Source of the DNA: an uncultured delta proteobacterium
GTDB taxonomy: Bacteria; Myxococcota_A; Polyangia; Polyangiales; B10-G4
NCBI GenBank assembly: GCA_963727445.1
Contig: CAVSGI010000025.1
Span: 42,041 to 106,040, forward strand
Length of the DNA: 64,000 nt
Direction: 5' to 3'
The notes below the pieces were generated by a model that searched no databases, had not been told where the DNA came from, and saw only the letters and a program-made list of their open reading frames with translations. This document shows positions 61,275 through 64,000 of the stretch, in pieces. The translations under genes were made by a program, and so were the position numbers. Each line of letters starts with the position of its first letter. Positions within the stretch are counted from its first letter, which is position 1.

Positions 61275-63878
61275 GTGCGGACCTGCTGCCGTTTGCTGCT
61301 CTCGCTTTGCGTCGTCGCGTTTGGTACGCCGACTTCGTTCGCCCAGCCAACCCTCGCGGGTCCGATCGAGGTGTCCGACTTCGTGGGTCCGCGGACCGCC
61401 TGGAACGTGACAACCGCCACCTCGGGTCCGGGGCACATCGCCGTCTGGCACGGGGGTGTCGGAGACTGGGACATTCGCGTGACGAGCTTCACTGACGGCG
61501 GGATGCTCGGCGTAGACCGAACGTTGTTCTCCCCCGATTATCCACCGTACGCGATCTGCATCGACTGGGGTCCCGCCGGGTATGTCGTCGCTTGGACCTC
61601 GACGAGCGCGCTCCACGCGGCGCTCCTCGATGGCAGCGGCGAGGTCCTGGTCCCACCAACGGTGCTGCCCTTCCCGACATCGATGTCGTCGACGGCGCGG
61701 TGCGCGGTGTCGAGTGATGGCGCTTCACGATATCTCGTCGCGGCGGGAGATAGCCTGCTGCTGCTCGACGGCGCGCTGGCGGTCCGCAGCTCGACGGTAC
61801 TGCCGGGGGTCAGCATCGCCGACGCCGCCTTCTCCGGAGGGCGCCACCTCGTCGTTGGGCAGCTCCGAGGCGACGTGGTCGGGCAGCGCGTGCGGATGGA
61901 TGGCACGCTCGAGGACGGCGCACCCTTCGTGATCGCACCGTACAGTGAGCGCGGCGCGCCAATCGGAGGCGCATACGACATCGCGGTATCCGGGGACAGC
62001 GGATCGTTCGTCGTCTTCTATGACGCCGTCGCGAGCGCAGCGAGCTTGATGCTGACGGCTCGCTCGGTGAGCGGGGCCGGCGTGGTGGGTGCGGCGACGA
62101 TCCTGGCGAGCGGTGACAACAGGTACTGGGGAGGCTCGCGCTCGCGTGCGGCCGCCGCGGACGGGCGTCACCTCGTCGCGTTCGTCATCCAAAGCGCTTC
62201 CTCGGAGACGGTGCGAGCCCTCGCCGTACGAACCGATTCCACGGGAGCATCATTGGATGCCACGCCGATCGTCATCGACGAGCGACCCAGGGACTTCTCG
62301 ACAGCCTGGTACTGGGGACCTGACGTCACAGCTTCATCGTCGGGGTTCATCGCGACGAGCAATGGTTGCTTCGACTACAGATGCTACGGATTTGGCCGGA
62401 CCGTCTTCGCGGACGGGAGCACGACCCCTCCGTTCGCCATCCCTGCCGGGCACGTCGAGGTCTCGAGCATTCAGCTCGTCTGGTCGGAGGTGGGCCCCCT
62501 CGCGGTAATGGCCGAGCGGCGCGATCCACTGCGCGGCTACGATCTGACGTCGGTGCAGCTCACGGAGGACGGTGCGCCAGTCCCAGCAGCCGCACGCGTG
62601 CTTCGGTCGGGCACAGAACCAAGCACGAGGATCCTGCCCGGTGCGGCCATCTACGACGGAGAGCGCGTGATCGTCGCATCGAGCGACTACCCGTTGCCGG
62701 GCTCGGGCGGTACGTTGACGACGACGGCGCTGAGCACGCTCGACGGCAGCGGCGCGGTCATCGACATCGACGCAGCCATGGTCGACGGCGTCACGGTGGC
62801 CATGGTGCGCAGCGCCACATCCACTCTGCTCTTTCAGTCCGATGGAACCGCCACGCGGTTCGGCCCCTTGACGGACGACTTCCGCTTCGAGGGGGTGCAC
62901 GATCTCGGAGACGCCTTTCGCGACGTCGCGGCTGACGACGATCGCTTCTTCATCGCATTGGACGGCGCGTTGCTCGTCGTCGATGATGCGGCTGATGAGC
63001 TACGGCGGACGACGTTTCCGGGGGTGAGAGCGCGGGTTGCGGCATTCGGTGGACAGGTGCTCGTTGCTTCCGTCGTGGGCTCGAGCATCCGCCTGGAGCT
63101 CTGGGACCGCGACGGGGAGTCCCTCTGGTACGTCCGGGTGCCGGGGATGGGAGACGTGCAACCAGACATCGTGCACGACGGTCGAACGTGGGTCGTGAGC
63201 TGGCTGGTCGACGACACCCTGAATGTTGTCCGAGTCCGGGCGGATGGAACCATCGTCGACATGGAGCCCGTGACCGCAGTGCTCGCTCCGTACAGTGGCG
63301 AGCTGGGCACATGGTCGAACCACGAAGGTCACTCCTATCTCTCGGTCTTTTCCTCCAGTCTGCAACGCGCGCGCCTCTACCGCTTCACGAACGACCTCCT
63401 CGCGGACGGAGCAGCCTGCTCGAGCTCCGCGGCTTGCGCCAACCTCCACTGCGTGGATGGGGTGTGCTGCGACGACCCATGCGGCGGCGGTGACCCATCG
63501 GACTGTCTCGCTTGTAGTCGGTCCGCCGGCGCTGCCTCCGATGGCGTTTGCACGTTCGCGGCGGGCACGGTCTGTCGCGCGGCAATCACCCCGTGTGACA
63601 TCCCTGAGCAGTGCGATGGCTTCGGCCCGAGCTGTCCATCCGATACCGTGGAGCCGGACGGAACGGATTGCGACGATGGCGATCCATGCAACGGTCGCGC
63701 GGCTTGTAGGGCGGGCGAGTGTATGCCCGCCGCCCCGGACCCTCTGTGCGACACCGATGGGGGAACGGGGACCATGCCTTCGGGTGGATGCGCATGTCGA
63801 ACGAATGCGGGCGACGGCTCCCCGAGCCATCTGTGGCTGCTGATGTGGGCGTTGTGGATCTGGCGACGTGCCAGGTAA
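61275..63878 (+). CDS. Secreted beta-rich protein with Cys-rich (disintegrin-like) repeats and MYXO-CTERM sorting signal
   Basis: Signal peptide; CVDGVCCD and CRAAITPCDIPEQCDG; GGCAC...LWLLMWALWIWRRAR tail. Confidence 0.85.
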   Translation: MRTCCRLLLSLCVVAFGTPTSFAQPTLAGPIEVSDFVGPRTAWNVTTATSGPGHIAVWHGGVGDWDIRVTSFTDGGMLGVDRTLFSPDYPPYAICIDWGPAGYVVAWTSTSALHAALLDGSGEVLVPPTVLPFPTSMSSTARCAVSSDGASRYLVAAGDSLLLLDGALAVRSSTVLPGVSIADAAFSGGRHLVVGQLRGDVVGQRVRMDGTLEDGAPFVIAPYSERGAPIGGAYDIAVSGDSGSFVVFYDAVASAASLMLTARSVSGAGVVGAATILASGDNRYWGGSRSRAAAADGRHLVAFVIQSASSETVRALAVRTDSTGASLDATPIVIDERPRDFSTAWYWGPDVTASSSGFIATSNGCFDYRCYGFGRTVFADGSTTPPFAIPAGHVEVSSIQLVWSEVGPLAVMAERRDPLRGYDLTSVQLTEDGAPVPAAARVLRSGTEPSTRILPGAAIYDGERVIVASSDYPLPGSGGTLTTTALSTLDGSGAVIDIDAAMVDGVTVAMVRSATSTLLFQSDGTATRFGPLTDDFRFEGVHDLGDAFRDVAADDDRFFIALDGALLVVDDAADELRRTTFPGVRARVAAFGGQVLVASVVGSSIRLELWDRDGESLWYVRVPGMGDVQPDIVHDGRTWVVSWLVDDTLNVVRVRADGTIVDMEPVTAVLAPYSGELGTWSNHEGHSYLSVFSSSLQRARLYRFTNDLLADGAACSSSAACANLHCVDGVCCDDPCGGGDPSDCLACSRSAGAASDGVCTFAAGTVCRAAITPCDIPEQCDGFGPSCPSDTVEPDGTDCDDGDPCNGRAACRAGECMPAAPDPLCDTDGGTGTMPSGGCACRTNAGDGSPSHLWLLMWALWIWRRAR

Positions 63879-64000
63879 GTGACCCTCGTGGCGAAGGCCC
63901 TGCCCGAGGCGTCCCCGAGGCGCCCGCGCGGGCGCTGCCGCCCATGCGCGTCGGTCCATGGTCGGTCCCCCGGGGTAGCTCCGGGGAGGCTGGTCACCCG

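Overview
High-GC bacterial DNA, very probably from a myxobacterium (Myxococcota, Polyangiales/Sandaracinus-like). This rests on MYXO-CTERM tails, a GltC-like gliding-motility domain, MopE-type Cys-rich repeats and many lipoproteins. Most of the window is ordinary chromosomal backbone: YciI-YciI-ECF42, serS, murB, hrcA-grpE-dnaK, an ftsB-like gene, hemH, udk, trpS and a CobW GTPase. I saw no rRNA, tRNA, cas gene, reverse transcriptase or intact transposase. The most striking feature is 33.6-34.9 kb: two divergent, convergently transcribed four-helix-bundle (IVS-protein/Avd-like) genes. Each is preceded on its own sense strand by a G-rich hexamer tract and a long inverted repeat close to the start codon. 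A third hexamer tract can pair with the second one only in minus-strand RNA, through G-U wobbles. Other unusual stretches are a 6-unit modular 114/118-bp hairpin array (16.5-17.2 kb), a 4-copy 29-bp direct/inverted repeat cluster (22.2-22.4 kb), a heavily frameshifted Cys-rich surface-protein locus (23.5-29.5 kb, possibly sequencing error), a trpS gene lacking its normal stop, and a decaying toxin-antitoxin-like zone at 53.7-59.7 kb that includes 450-bp direct repeats. All product calls come from motif recognition by eye; no database search was run.
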